A DNA stretch of 64,000 nucleotides from Octopus sinensis (GCF_006345805.1 NC_043001.1:47244001-47308000); one strand, 5' to 3'; counted from the stretch's first letter, positions 10,811 through 25,596 are shown. Numbers and translations are program-made. Notes: generated by a model not told the origin, from the letters alone.

Positions 10811-13800
10811 TAATAAAAACACGATTGAGAACAAATTTTATCTCTTTTATTTTTAAAGGATTCTGCATATTTACTTATTAGTCCTTTAAATTTAATTTAG
10901 TGGCCTAGTGGTTAGGGTGTTTAAGGGTGTGGGTTCAATTTCTGTATCGGGCAAAGCATTTCTTTTTATGTTGACCAGTCTTATAAGCTGTGTATGTGTA
11001 CCAGTCGGGTGCTGATTTAGTTCTCTCTCCCTCCGTCATATCATGCATGTGCTTTCGAGTAAAGGATAAACTGGTTCAAATGTACAGAAAACAAAAGACA
11101 GAGACAGGTGAGGGGACAAGAAGCAGGTGTGCTAGTTTGACGCTCGAGAAAAATAGAATGGGTTTTGACATCTCGAGCTTACACTCTTCGACAGAAAGGA
11201 ATGAGAGGGAAAAAATGGAGAGAGAGATAGAGATAGAGAGAGAGAGAGAGGGAGAGAGAGAGAGAGAGAGAGAGAGAAGAACGGAGACAGAAAAAAATGC
11301 GTCGTGATTAATGAGTCTACATGTTGAAATGACCGGAAGGAACAGGCCGATGGAAGGGGAGCTAACACTGACTCTGCTAAACTGGGGCACGCAAGCGCGC
11401 GTGTGTATGTTAGGATGGTATGTGTGAGAGTGTGTGTGTGTGTGCGGGGAGGGGTGAGCGTGTGTGTATGTACGTGTGAACGAGCATAAAATTATATGAG
11501 ACTGTATCTACGTATGGGAGCGTGTGTGTTTATGTGTATAAGTAAACATGTAAGTGCGTTCTATCTATTTATGTGTATGTGTGTATGTGTGTGCGGACAT
11601 GTGTATATGAAGGGTGAAATGGCTGGTAGTGTTTGCTAGCCAGTCTCCAAATATAAGGTATCTCGTTTCTGCCCATGAACTCGAAACAGTCAGCGACTGA
11701 ATTGTACACGTTTCAATGCTACACTCGCTTGCGAATGACGATTGGCTACATTGATGTATATGCTCCAGTTCACTCAGCTGTAGTAATGAGATGCAACGTC
11801 ACTGGTGCCAAACTGCATCATACTTTGCCCTTTCCCTTGGACGAGATCAGTGGCATGGAGAGGAGAGGCTGGAATGCATGGGCGGCTGCTAGTCTTCCAT
11901 AAACAACCTTGCCCAGATTTGTGCCATAGAGAGGAACTTTCTAGGTGCAATCTCATGGTCATTCATGACTAAAGTGGGTCTAAGAAGGTCTATCAGCATT
12001 TTAAAATCTTCTCGGTGCTATCTTCCAGATGAAGTGTGTATTGTCATCGTGTTCTGTATAAAGGTCATGAATCATGCGCTTGTGTGTGAAAGAGAGCCTC
12101 CTGCTTAATTTCTTCACTTTAAGTCATGTTCAAAGCCAGCTGGTCAGCAAGCTATATATAGCTTGCAAAGTAAACTTGTTCTGTAACCAGAACTATTGCT
12201 TTAAGAAAATAGTAATTATTTGTCAAATACAGTTTATAATACTAAATAAACTATATTAGTCATTTCCTGCTTCTCCACAAAGAAATCCACTTTACTCATT
12301 GTCATGTATGCCGGGTGAAGATCATTCAGACTAACATATAAAACTAAGAAACGATAACTCTTGTTTTCAAAGGGATACGCGTGATGTGATAAAAATACTT
12401 ACATGTTGGGCTATCAACTTTTTCATGCAGTCATTTGAGCACAGTCGCGATACAGAACATACCTCAGACAATTTTAGATTTGGTGGAACCAACAACGACG
12501 ACGACAACAAAAAGTTATATTTAAAAAATTAAGAAATGAGATAAATGACTCTTTGCTTACAGAAAACTGGTAAAATTTACGAAACAGCTGCCTAGAATTT
12601 CTCGATCTCTCCAGCTACGCGTACTTTATAGACTGCATGATTGAGGCCAGAACTCTGCAGTCTGAGTGTTGTTGTAGAGATGTGAGCTACTGGGACAAGA
12701 AACCATCATTAAGAAGTTTATCTTTATATGGTGTATTTAAGCTATCTCTGTGAAGAGATCTCTCTGCCTTGTCTTTCTTCGTACATAATCTGCAGAAAAC
12801 TTTTCTCTAGTGGGTCTTGTTAGGTCCTTCTTGCAGAGATTACAGAGAACTTTTCTCTAGCGAGTATTTCTGTGCGACTAGTTTTTCTCTCTACCGAGTC
12901 TTTCTCTCTACCGAGTTTTCTCTTTGTTCTTATCTATGGGCAGTTCTTTGCTCTACGGAGAACTTCCCTCTGCTGAGTCCTACAATTTAAAGGTTTTTAC
13001 TAGTGTAGATTCTATCCACCTGCGAAGCCTGCCTAAAAGAATTTTTCTTCATGTAAAGGTGTTTTGTTTACGGGATCCTTCCTTCTATTGAGCCTTCCTC
13101 TCTGAAGTCCTACCTTAGGTAGTACATATCTCTGCATGTTTTATCTAAATAATAAACCTGTTTGCATCACCTCTACTAATTACTTTACTATGATGAGTCA
13201 TCAAGGACATTCTATGTAGTTGTTTAAACTGATAGAACCAGCAGTCAAATTTCTTCAACTTTCACAATACAGCCATAAAAATAATTTTGACAACTTTGAC
13301 AAAGTTTTAGATATACAAGATATGTTGTCATAGAACATCATTGATCATGTCTGATCACAGGTCTGAGTGGTCCTGGAGTTAAACAATTACCACAAAAACC
13401 ACGTTACGTAATCGAAATTATGAGTTGAGGATGGACAAAAGAGTGTTCAAAATAAAATATGCCTAGCAAGTTCTATAAGCCCATCAAAGAGACATAAAAA
13501 TTCTTCCTCACATGACTTATTGCTAATATTGTGTTATATATCTATTATGTTTTAATTGTTGTGTATAATTCAAGTAGATAGTGTATGATACCATCACAGC
13601 TGTACAATTGTACTGAAATTCAGGTAATTATACACACATATATATATATGCAAAAGAAAGGGAAATAGAGAGAAATAAGTGGGGGAGCAGATACGGCGTC
13701 AACGAAGAATTTTCATTGTTTATATGGCAAAATTCCAATTGTTCATTTTTGTTGTTCTATTAAAGAATTTATCACCACTTATGGTGCATTGTTATGTGGA

Positions 13801-13961
13801 ATCTCTCATAATGTTTTCTGTAAATCAATATTGTACTCTACAACACGATGAATTTCGGTCTTCATTCCAAATGAAAGAACTATTGTTGTAGCAGAGAACA
13901 ATAGTTAGACATAAAGGTTTAATTAAACATTAAGTACACATTACAGGATTATATTATATTA

Positions 13962-14011
<50 letters not shown>

Positions 14012-14274
14012 ACACACACACACACGTGTATGTATGTTGGCTGAAATGCGTATATATGGAAGCTTAGAATGCTATAATCATTATGGTGATGGCTGGTGGA
14101 AAAATTACTTCGCAGTATTTCGGTATATTCGTTACGTGCATTAATGTTCAGAGTTAGCTTTATTGCAATGTATCTATGTTAGAAATCATAATGGATCTTC
14201 CGTCTGTGGCGACGATTACTACCCATCTTTCTAGAAATCATACTATTACCAATAAGTTTTTTCACATTAGCACA

Positions 14275-14800
14275 AATATTGATTTCAAATTTTGGCACAA
14301 GGCCAGGAATTTCGAGGGTGGGGGTAAGTCGATTAAATCGGCCCTAGTGTTTGACTGGTACTTATTTAATCGACTTTGAAAGTATGAAAGGCAAAGTCGA
14401 CCTCGGCGGAATTTGAACTCAGAGCTTAAAGGCGGATAAATTGCCGCTAAGCATTTTAGCCGGGATGCTAACGATTCTGCCAGCTGTCCACCTACTACAT
14501 TAGCGCATCTTTTAGGAGAGTTATGTGCTCAAATGAACGGACACGAGTATTCGATTGTGTTCTAATAATTGTTATAGAAAAAAGTAAATGATGGTTTCCA
14601 GTTTTGACACAAGGCCGAGTATTTTAGGAAGGAGCTAAGTCGATTATATCGAGCCCAGTGCGTGCTCAACTGGTACATATTTTATTAACTCCAAAAGGAT
14701 GAAGGGTGTTGTCGACCTCAGAGGAATTTGAATTCAGAAGGTAAAGACGGACGAAATGCCGCTAAGCATTTTGCCTGGCCTGCTAACGATTCTGCCACCT
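14275..14800 (-). mobile_element. Two tandem SINE family A copies (14275-14485, 14595-14800)
   Basis: Each has GTCGACCTC.G.GGAATTTGAA and GCCGCTAAGCATTTT. Confidence 0.75.
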
Positions 14801-14924
14801 TGCTAATAATCCTTTCTAATTTCGGTCCAATGCCAGCAATTGTGAGTGTAGCGGTACGGGGTGGGGGGTATTAATCGATACTTAACACACACATTATATG
14901 TGTGTGCATACATATATATATATA

Positions 14925-15140
14925 TATGTCTATGTGAGTGTGTTTCTGTGTATGTGTTAGTCACCTCCCACCACTTGACAACCGGTGTTGGTTTTTTTTA
15001 TGTCCCTATGATCCAGTGGTTCGCCGAAAGAGAACAACAGTACAAGTAAAACATAAATAATGATGTCGATTTGTTCGACTATGACCCCTTTAAAGCGGTG
15101 CCCCAGCATGATCGCAGTTCAATGACTGAAACAAGTAAAA
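14925..15140 (+). mobile_element. SINE family B 3' half
   Basis: CTTGACAACCGGTG...GGTTCGCCGAAAGAG...CAGCATGATCGCAGTTC...AAACAAGTAAAA. Confidence 0.7.
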
Positions 15141-16344
15141 AAAAACGGTAAAAATAAACAATGTTAGAAAATAAGGGTAGATTGTTTTTATAAAATAGGT
15201 ACACCACAAAACAAGAACACAATTAATAAAAACAACTGTTTTGTATGAATATGTAATTAGGCGTAACAAATGTTCTGTGAATTTTGAAGGAGCTAATAGT
15301 ATAAAAAAGGTCACACGCTGGGAAAAAGCAATGAAAATAAATGAATTCATAAGAACAAAAAGTGAAAGTTCTGTTTCACAAAAAGATAGCAAATAACATT
15401 AACGGCAATATAAAGCGGGACATTAGAAAAATCTTCAAAGAATCTTCTAAGCAGTATAATAACTTTGAATTAATGTTACAGGCGTATTAACAGAAAGTAA
15501 AGTTAGTATTTGAATATCTTATGCAGTGAGAGCATTGAATACTTAATTAGAAAGACTTTTCTTTACCGCATATAAATTCAAGGCAACTGCCACTGTGTAT
15601 GTATTCAGAGGATCCAGTCAAGAGGTTGATATCTCGGGTCCTGCTATCCAAGCATTTATGTAGCTTGAACAAAATATTTTAATTCTCTAATTGGCCAGTC
15701 GCCCTCATTGGAAACAGGAGGTCCCAGAGTACGAACGAGCCGAGCACATATATTGTGGTGTGGCTTAGCAGTTCGCTTGGTATTTATGAGGTTTCATGTT
15801 CAAACCGATGGTCTACTTGCAATTCATCAATTCCATAACTCTGCTACCATTGTGAACATAGGTGAATTATACCCCACTACTGTATTTAATTTAATTACAG
15901 CCTAATTAACTAAACTAAGTCACTGTTTCTCATATGGGTAGGGAGTGAGGGCCGACAAAAATGGGGTATAATGATTTTAAAATTGTCTCCATGGAGATAT
16001 ACAGAGAAACTCCATCAGAATAGCTCGTAATTTTAAACTTTTTAAACGTGTCCGAAATCAAGGTGAAAAAAATCATATCGATGCAAGCTCTGCTCTACTC
16101 ATTACTAGAGAGGCGGGACCCCAAAGTATCTTTGGAGGTGTTTGGTATATGCTGTTTTAAGAAGCACTGGACTAATCCGCTGGCAGACACCCTACAATAC
16201 CATTGAGAAGATAGGGATTCCGACCTCTTGGCTGGTTGTCCGATGCCCTATGTATTCGATCATTTATCCCCTTTCATGTTGAATAGACTTAAGACAAATT
16301 TAGAAGTAAGGAGAAGGGCTTAGCCAGAAGAGGAGGGGCAAGTA

Positions 16345-16686
16345 CCCATGATGTTTTATATAACCGGCTCTTCGTCGATTACGACGACGAGGGTTCCACT
16401 TGATCCAATCAATAGAACAGCTTGCTCGTGAAATTAACGTGTATGTGGTTGAGCATTCCACAGACACGTGTACCCTTAACATAGTTCTCAGGGAGATTCA
16501 GCGTAACACAGAATGTGACAAAGCTAGTACTCTGAAATACAGGTACTACTCATTTTTGCCAGTTGAGTGAGCTGGAGGAACAGGAAATGAAATGTCTTGC
16601 TCAAGGACACAACGAGCCGCAGGGAATCGAACTCACGACCTTACGATTGTGAGCCGAATACACTAACCACTAAGCTACGCGCCTTT
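16345..16686 (-). mobile_element. tRNA-headed SINE (family D variant)
   Basis: Minus strand AAGGCGCGTAGCTTAGTGGTTAG...GAGTTCGATTCCC...GTTGTGTCCTTGAGCAAGAC. Confidence 0.75.
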
Positions 16687-17114
16687 ACATAATGTTTATA
16701 GCGACAAATTATTTATAGCTTCGGTTTATCATCGGTTTAATTTCATAGGGTAAACCCCCGCTCCAAAAAAAAAAAAACAAACAAAAAAAAAAACATAAAT
16801 GCATCTCATGGGTTTGATAATTTCATAGTGTAAATAACTTTTTTTTCCCACCAGAGAAATTGAACTCGGCACTACTAGTATAAATGAATCGCACATAAAG
16901 TTCACCGTACTTTATGCAGTACTTATTTACAGTTAAATGATCTGAGCTGTTTAGAGAAAAGTCTCTTTGTCACATGTCCAAAGCAGCATCAGTAGTAATT
17001 GGACAACAACCAGCAGTTTATTTGCTGGCTGACAGGTGCCTTATCGACTGCATCAATAGATCTTTTGTTGATCACTTTTCTTTTCGTATTTTCATACAAA
17101 GTATCAGAGACACG

Positions 17115-17570
17115 AGCTAGCAGAATCGTTAGCGTACTGGGAAAAGGGCTTAGCGGTATTTCGCCCGTCTTTCAGTTCTGAGTTAAAATTCCGCCGTGGT
17201 CGACTTTACCTTTCGGGGTCAATAAAATAAATACTTATTTCTTTACTACCAACAAGGGGCTAAACACAGAGGGGACAAACAAGGACAGACAAGCGGATTA
17301 AGTCGATTATATCGACCCCAGTGCGTAACTGGTACTTATTTAATCGACCCCGAAAGGATGAAAGGCAAAGTCGACCTCGGCGGAATTTGAACTCAGAACG
17401 TAGTGGCAGACGAAATACTGCTAAGCATTTCGCCTGGCGTGCCAACGTTTCTGCCAGCTCGCCGCCTTTAATATAAAATAAGTACCTCCCAGATGAGCAC
17501 TGGTGTCGATGTAAATGACTTACCTACTCTTCGAACTTCCTGGCCTTGTTCCAAAATTTGAAACCAGTAT
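17115..17570. mobile_element. Minus-strand SINE A (17236-17468) nested in a plus-strand SINE A
   Basis: Host sequence stops at ATAAAATAAATAC and resumes at ATAAAATAAGTAC after the insert. Confidence 0.7.
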
Positions 17571-19569
17571 TAGAAGTACGATAGAAAAACAGATTCGAAT
17601 CAAATTGTGACGTAAAATATTCTCCATGGCAAATAAGTATTTTTCCGTTAAAAATCAACATTATATGGTGTGATCACTGCTATAAATTGAACTGACACCA
17701 AAAACTCTACCGAGTTTAGTACGAAAGAATAAACAGCAACAGTCACAAGCAAGTGAGTTTGAATTGGCAGCATGTACCTTTCTTTGGTCAGTTGTTCTAG
17801 GTGCCTTTGTAGTCGCGAGCTCGCATTTTGACATCCTATCGGCTACCCACCTTGAAGCCATCAAAATACCCAAGACATAACAGCTAGAGGGAGACAGGAT
17901 GCACCAGCACTGGGCTTCGTATTCATTTAATCTGAGAAGTCTGGAGGAACATGAAATAGGGCGTCTTGCTCAAAGACACATTAGAACCCAGAATCTTATG
18001 ATCGTGAACCGATACCATAACCATTAGACCACTCACCTTCACAAGCAGCCTTTATATTTACCTTATATTCATTACCATTAATCTATGATGTATACATACA
18101 TCTATTTATTACGTTTATAGTTAAAGTAACAAATTTACAAACACAGAAGCTTGCCAATTACTATTATAGATGTCGCTGGAAGAGCACAAACTGTAAGAAT
18201 GCGAGAGTAAAGACCTTGTAATATTTAGTTATCCTTCAGTTACGTTTTGAGTTCAAATTCCTGTAGGCACGAACTTTGCTTTTCATAATTTCCGGTCCGT
18301 ACGATAAGCGTAAGTATTACGTAACTAACGGTAAAGCGGCTAGCTGGTAGAGTCGTTAGAGTGTCGGACTATATGCAGTACGGTATTCTTTACGTTTGGA
18401 ATTCAAATCCCGCCGAGGCTAACTTTGGCTTTCATTCTTCCGAAATACCAGTATTGAGACGCTGGTATTGACTTAACTTCTTTCAAAATTGCTGACCTTG
18501 TATCTAAATGAGAAAACATTATATAGCCTTCAGTTAAATTAACTATTTAATCCAACAATTGTACGGCCTTGTGCCAATGTAAGATAATTAATCAGAGAGC
18601 AGTAGGTGGCAGTGGCAGAATCGATTAAGTCCTGAGCAAAATTAAGGTATTTATTTACGTATCTTCATGTTCGAGTTTTAAATCGTCCGGGGTTAACTTC
18701 TGAGTGGAGTGATCGATAAAATAAGAACCAATAATCTACTGGTATTAATTTAATCGACAATTGATTTTTTAAACTTTTTTGCAAAAGTATAATTTAAATT
18801 GAATTCAAATTTTGGTACAAGAATTACAATTTTGGTGGTACTTTATTTTGTCAACCCCTTAAAGGGCAAAGTTCAGTTTGATTGGATTTGAGATCAGAAC
18901 ATTAAGAACCGAGAGAAATGCTGCTAGGCATTTCATCTGATGTGCTAACGATTCTGCCAGCTCGCTGCCATAGAATATAATGCGCATTCATATCAGTTAT
19001 GCACTGCAGTCACGCAAAATAGACTCCATTGCCACTGTCAAATTAATTTGTGGACAGCGTCAAGGTGCAAAACAAAACAAAACAAAACAAAAGACGAAAA
19101 AAATCCTAATAGAATTGTTTGAATTGTTACCTTGCGGTAATCTCGCTGAGATCAACTATGCTTTGCTTCCCTTGGAGGTCGATAAAATATAGTAGCAGTC
19201 AAGTCTTGGAGATCTGTAATGGACTAAACCTGCCTCTGAAATTACTGGCCTTGTGCCTATATCTCAATTACCACATTAAGAAGTAAAAAAAAAAAAGACA
19301 GAAGGAGAGCGGTATAGTGACTATAAATAAAGCGCCGGACTAAATGGCCTTGCGGTATTTGCCTTACTTCCTTCATTTAAAGTTCTGAAATCAAATCTTG
19401 CTGGATGACATCAGCTATAGCTTTTACCTTTCAGAAGTTGTTAAAATAAGCACAAGGTAAGGTTTGAGTGCGATTTCAACGTTCACAAGATATTTATCTG
19501 TCCCTTTGTCAATATAAGAAATGTTAAAAAGATTAAACACACACACACACACACCACACACACACACGC

Positions 19570-19601
<32 letters not shown>

Positions 19602-20156
19602 CACACACACACACACACATTCACAAAGCTGTAGAAAAATTAGAGCCTAGCCTTTGCAGTGTTTAGTTGTGTCCATTTAAGTTCAGAATTGAAAACCAAA
19701 CCGGACTTGAGTCGACTTTAACATTTATTCTTCAGGATTCCAAATTTCCAAAATTATGTTACGGTCAAATACTGAGAATTTAATGAAATGTATACTTTCC
19801 TGTTAAAATATGAGACACCTTAGAAATCACTTTATCAAAATTGAAATAAAGAATAAATTCCAGTTTTCTGTGGAGTAGCAAGAATTCTGAGTACCTGAGA
19901 GGCAAATACAGATTTAGCGTTCCCACTATAATTGTGTCATATGAAAAGTAAGAAGAAATAAATTTTGTGCCTCTTGACACCCTCGACAGGAACGACTACT
20001 TTGCTGAGGCTATGCTAAGTAGCTATATACTGAGGTTAATTCAATCGGCTAGACAACTTCTCCGCCATTGCCAAAATTTCTGGGAATTATGCCAAATTTA
20101 TGAAATCATTGCCTTTTCTCGCCATCGGTCCTCAACTCCTCCTCATAGAGATATAT

Positions 20157-20388
20157 GTTTCTTTACTACTCACAAGGGGCTAAACACAGAGGGGACAAAC
20201 AAGGACAGACAAAGGGATTAAGTCGATTACATCGACCCCAGGGCGAAACTGGTACTTTATTTATCGACCCCGAAAGGATGAAAGGCAAAGTCAACCTCGG
20301 CGGAATTTGAACTCAGAACGTAACGACAGACGAAATACTGCTAAGCATTTCGCCCGACGTGCTAACGATTCTGCCAGCTTGCCGCCTT
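20157..20388 (-). mobile_element. SINE family A, tail type 1
   Basis: Full body; CTCATAGAGATATA occurs on both flanks (possible TSD). Confidence 0.85.
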
Positions 20389-20506
20389 TCATATATCTCA
20401 TAGAGATATAGATAAGTTGTCGTGATATGTAGCGCGTCTTAAGCATCTAAATCTGGCGGTAGCTCATCTTTCTCCACGTCTGATAACAATCAATTTCTTC
20501 CAGAGA

Positions 20507-20592
<86 letters not shown>

Positions 20593-22569
20593 TAGAGAGA
20601 GAAAAATCGATTCCCGGGATCAATCAAAAAAGGAAAAAATGCAAAGAAATGAATAACCATATGGCATCCTATGCGATGCCTTAGCGATTCTGTCAAATTG
20701 CTACCTTTAAGAAGTCATAGCGTTCTGGGTTCAAAACCTATCGAAGTCAACACTACCTTTCATACTTCCGCGATCGATAAAAATAAAACACCAGGATCGA
20801 TTTAAATAAAAATGATTATTAAAAGAGGAAAAAAAATAAATAAAAAACGAAGGAAGCAGAGGCAGAAAGAGATGGATATAGACTTGGTAAAGACTTACCT
20901 GAGATTAGAATTCAGTGGTCGCTAGTATTTCAACGTCTGTATTGATTTGTTTGTGACAGGTGAGTTGCGTAGTTCGGTCGTCTACCTACTAAATATCACA
21001 TAAAATGATGACTAAAAATGGGTGGGTTGACTTTGAATCCGCTTGGCCAATTATGATGATGTTTGTGACGGCGGCGGCGGTGGTGGCGCTACTACTGGTG
21101 GTGGTATAGGTTTTGCTGGTTGGTGGTGGTGTTGCAAGTTGCCACCCTTGGTGTTGGCGGTGTCGATAGTAGTGATGGGGGTGATGGTGTTGAGGGTGGT
21201 AGTGCGGTTGGTGTTGAAAGTGTTTGTATTGGTGGAGATGGTGGTGGTGGTGGTGGTGGTGGTGGTAATAATATTCACGGTGGTGATGGTGTCAAGGGTG
21301 GTGGTGCTGGTGATGTTGAAAGTGCTTGTGTTGGTGGTGGTGGTGGTGGTGGCAAAAGTTGGTGGCAGAGTGGAGGTGGAGGCACGGTGTTAATATGTGC
21401 TGGTGTTGTTAGTGGTGGGAATGACACGAATGGTTGCGGTGGAAGGCGGAGTAACAGTTACTGTGGTAGTAGCAGTGGTGGCGGTGACGGAGAGGGAAGT
21501 AAAGGTGGTATGTTGAGATTCATACAGGTATTTCTTCTTTTGACCAGATTGATCATTTTAATTCAGCTCTGACTGGCATGTGTGTGTGTCTGTGTGTGTG
21601 TGTGTGTTTAATGTGTATATAAATGTTTGCAAACACACACACATATACATATATATTTATGCGCATATGTAAATGTGTGTGTGTGTGTATAGATAGGTAG
21701 GTATAAAAGATAGGTATATATGTTTATACATTGTGTGTGAAGGAAAATGTATGTATTTATAATCAAAGGGTATACACTTATGCACATACATACACTCATG
21801 TACATGTTTAAACAAATACACACATAAAAGTATGGGTGTGTAAATAAACGCACACCCATGAATGAATAACCATATATATACGCACAAATACATACATAGA
21901 CGCGTGTCTGTACATGTGTGTGTGTGTGTGTGTATGTGTGTGTGTGTGTATGTGTGTGTGTGTGTGTGTGTGTGAACGTAGAAGGTGGTACGTTAATACA
22001 TACACAAGTACAAATTCATGGAAACGTAAATACGCATACCCACATGTCGATACATTTTGAAAGCTATATACATACGCACGCACACATAAATATATACATA
22101 TACACAAAGCATTTGATGATTTAATCTCTCGCAAGGAACTTGAAATAATGGAGAAGTTGTCAACTTGAACAATAGTAGCAATCGTTTCAAATTTTGGCGC
22201 AAGGCCAGCAATTTTAGTAAGGGAGAGTCAGTTTATTACATCGAAGCCAGTGCTCAACTAGTACTTATTTCATCGACCTCCGAAAGGCAATATGAACTCA
22301 CAACTTCAAGAGCCGGAAGAAATGCAACTGAGCATTTTGTCCGATGGGTTAACGATTCTGACTGGTCACCGCTTTACCTGTAACAATAATGACAGTTTCA
22401 AATTTTGGCACAATTTTAGAGGAGGGAATTAATTTATTACACTGACCCCAGTGCCCCGTTTTATTATTTATTTCATCTCTAAATCCCACCGAAGTCGACT
22501 TTGCCTTTCATCCCTTCAGAATCGATAAAATAAAGTAATATTCATATACTAAGGCTGATGGTAACGCCT

Positions 22570-24870
22570 AACGATTTTACCCAGTTGAAATACGGGTTAG
22601 GGCAAGACACGTCGGTCAGGCGGTACGAAGTGAACTGAGGCAATGTATGCGTTCACCATCACTACCCAAACTTCCGGAGATATCATTCTCTCAGGCCATT
22701 TCTAGGTTAAAGTAGTCACTCTGCTTATAACCTCGTTCAAGTCTCTATCGGTTTGGAGATCTGGAGCGAACAAGAAAGTCCACTCCGCCACTGACTGGCG
22801 TGGACTTTCTTCTCCAAACTATGAGTCCATCACTTCCTTTAGTATAGTGTTGGCCATCATGATTTCCATAGTGTTACCATTTCAGTTACGTAGTTGTGTA
22901 TTACTATACGACTCACAGTTTGTACAAGATGCCTTTCAATACCTCAAAACTCAAAGCATACACAAGCGCGTGATCTAGTCTCTGAAAACGGGATCGAAGC
23001 CAGCCTCGCTCTGGAGACCTGTTTGTTAGCGATGGTCGACTCTGTCGACAGATTTAGATTGAGCTAAGTATATCAGATCCCCATAGTAGCTAGGTTAACT
23101 ATCCACCTTTTTTCACTGTACTGTATGTGGTGATGGTTGTAGTTAGATATATCGAGAATGACACAGTTTTGTCCGCTCTCTCTTCATGAGCAGCTTAGCC
23201 CAAATCTTAAACTCCGAATTCAGTTGAAATTATCGCTGATGCCCTTTTTGTTTACGTACTTCCTCAAAACATCTCCTATAAACACAACTTGGAATGATCC
23301 TAGTCCGTTATAATCGGTTGCTTTAGATGTTTGCCAAAGCCATGATAGACAAATCTGATACGTATCCATACGGTTCATAGTGTAGATCACACGAACATGG
23401 TGATTATCTCTTCAATACCTCCTGTGTCTCAGATTCCGTTAGCAGCTTACCATAGCATAGAAAGAGTTGGGGCATGTCGTTGAGGTAGGCATTAGAGTTC
23501 ATTATTTGCAGTACTCCATTTGAAGAAAAGTACCATTAAAAAATAACTCAAGTTCAACTGGAATCGAATTACACATGGCCATCGTTGCCCGTTAACGTTT
23601 GGATTTCGTTTCATTGTCACATTACTCCTTTTACGCCTGGACCCATCAAGTAGATTTAACGTCCACATGTCTAATATTACGTTCTTACTGCAACAGTTTT
23701 GTTTCGATTCGATGAAATTTCCTTTTGTCGGTCACGTTGCCTTTTTTTAATTTGCTTCTTCTGACTGGCTAACTAGCTGTTTGCATACTTCCACCCCATC
23801 CGTCCATTATTTTTTTTCGTTATGTTTTTGCTGTCGATTCTGCTTATTTTTTTAAGGATATTTATATCCTTAAAAAAAAAAACTTTATCGGTCGTTTACA
23901 GTCACCACTGTCAGTTCCTGCCTAACTCTCTAATACGGGTTTTATAAACTTCCTGTACCGGGACAACCCATGCAGCTTCCAGCATCCGGGATTTTCTCTT
24001 AGTTGACTGCGCAGATCACAAACTATTAGTGTATGTAGCCAAGCACCCAACATCGTAGACATCTCAAGTTATCCCTTTCAACTGCAGTTTGTCCAAGCCT
24101 ATTGAGAAATTTAGTAGGTGTATGTCCAACAGTTGGAGCTGCCCGAGCAGATTTGCAAGGCTTTTACACTCTTTCTCAATCAGCTATTTCCCATAATCCC
24201 AGCGTGCGTCTAATATCCAGTTCCAATTATCTACTTTCCTGCTAAAGCTTGTAGATGTTTGAAAAATTCTGATTACCCTGCCTCAATCTGGTTAGGAACG
24301 GCAATTCTTCTAAAGTTTGTATCTTTACAACTCATCATGCCACTAGCGTACTCCCCGGAGACAAGATCACCATTTTCTCGGAACTAAGATCTTTCCGGGG
24401 CAGTTCTTTCACTTTATTCAATCCCGACTGAAAGAGACTAATAACCCGTTGTCGTCTGGAAGTCCGAAAGCGTACGTTCTAGAAATATTACCCCCGCTAG
24501 TGCCTGATGCGTCTATGCCAGAGGTTTTTAACGAAGAGTTTATCTTCCATACCAAGTCTATTCATGCAAATCACTCTTGGTATGGTCATGCTGGGCAGAG
24601 GAAAATAAGAGAGAGGTCACTCACCTCTCAAAGAACGTATAACCTTTTTTTTGAGAAGGTTCTCGAAAGGCCTATGCGAAGTCTTTTGTCCACCTTATTC
24701 TTTAAAATTCTGACGTCATGTGGGAATTTTTCATGTATAGGCTTCATGTATTTATTTTTCATCAGAAGCATTTTGGGGAGTGTCTTGTGTAGGTGGTCCA
24801 CTATGCTCAACTTATGTGCTCAGCTGTTTAGTTTTAGATATTTAACTAACTCACTATTGTCTTGGATGTA
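22570..24870 (-). mobile_element. Heavily decayed Tx1/L1-like LINE (APE and RT remnants)
   Basis: Minus-strand fragments LNSEFKIWAKLL and QSKSVDRVDHR*...AGFDPVFRD*I (RT), PNQIEAG*SEFFKHLQ and PGCWKL (endonuclease region); many stops and frameshifts; boundaries approximate. Confidence 0.55.
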
Positions 24871-25107
24871 GTGTTTTGTCGTGATGACAGTAATAGAGGT
24901 ACTAATGCAGTAATGTTGGTGGTGATGGTAGTCGTATAGTATTGGTAGTAGTTAACTTAAAGAAGTAGTGTAGAAGTGTAATTGTGTCGTGGTGGTAGTA
25001 GGGGTAGTGATGTAGTGTTAGTAGTAGTGCTAACCGTGCAGTTGTTGTAACGGTATAATTTTTGTGGTTGTATAGTGTTTTAATTGGCAGAGTTGTAATA
25101 ATGGTTT

Positions 25108-25375
25108 TAAGAGCGGCGTGGCCTAGTGGTTAGGGTGTTGCCCTCACAATTGCAAATCGTGCTTACGATTCCTGGAGCGGACTGCGCGTTGTGTCCTTGA
25201 GCAAAACACTGCAACTCATGTTGCTCCGCAGTCACTTCGACATGTGACGAGTGGCACAGATTGGCACCTCTACAGCCAACGTCGATATAATGGAGAGAGT
25301 GAGCTAATGTACAGCAGATACATTTGATCACTATTAACAAATCAGCTATGCAGGTTATTCAGCAAAAAATGCAGA
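25108..25375 (+). mobile_element. tRNA-headed SINE (family D variant)
   Basis: GCGGCGTGGCCTAGTGGTTAGGG...CGATTCC...GTTGTGTCCTTGAGCAAAAC. Confidence 0.7.
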
Positions 25376-25430
25376 AAGCTCGTCTGCCATCTACGACAGG
25401 ATAGTTTGATTATATATACATATATGTGTA

Positions 25431-25468
<38 letters not shown>

Positions 25469-25516
25469 TAATTATATATATATATATCTATAATATATAT
25501 ATATATATATATTATA

Positions 25517-25547
<31 letters not shown>

Positions 25548-25596
25548 ATATATATGTGTATGTATATGTATATATGTATATATATGTATATATATA

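Noticed and set aside
16868-16920. Helitron-like hairpin plus CTAG on minus strand
   Set aside because: Hairpin is AT-rich and no 5' TC end or second copy was seen.
20950-20966. Strong splice donor CAG|GTGAGT
   Set aside because: No supportable upstream exon or reading frame; such words are expected by chance.
21043-21572. Gly/Val-rich and Thr/Pro-rich ORFs
   Set aside because: Cryptic (GGT)n simple sequence open in several frames on both strands; no splice or domain support.
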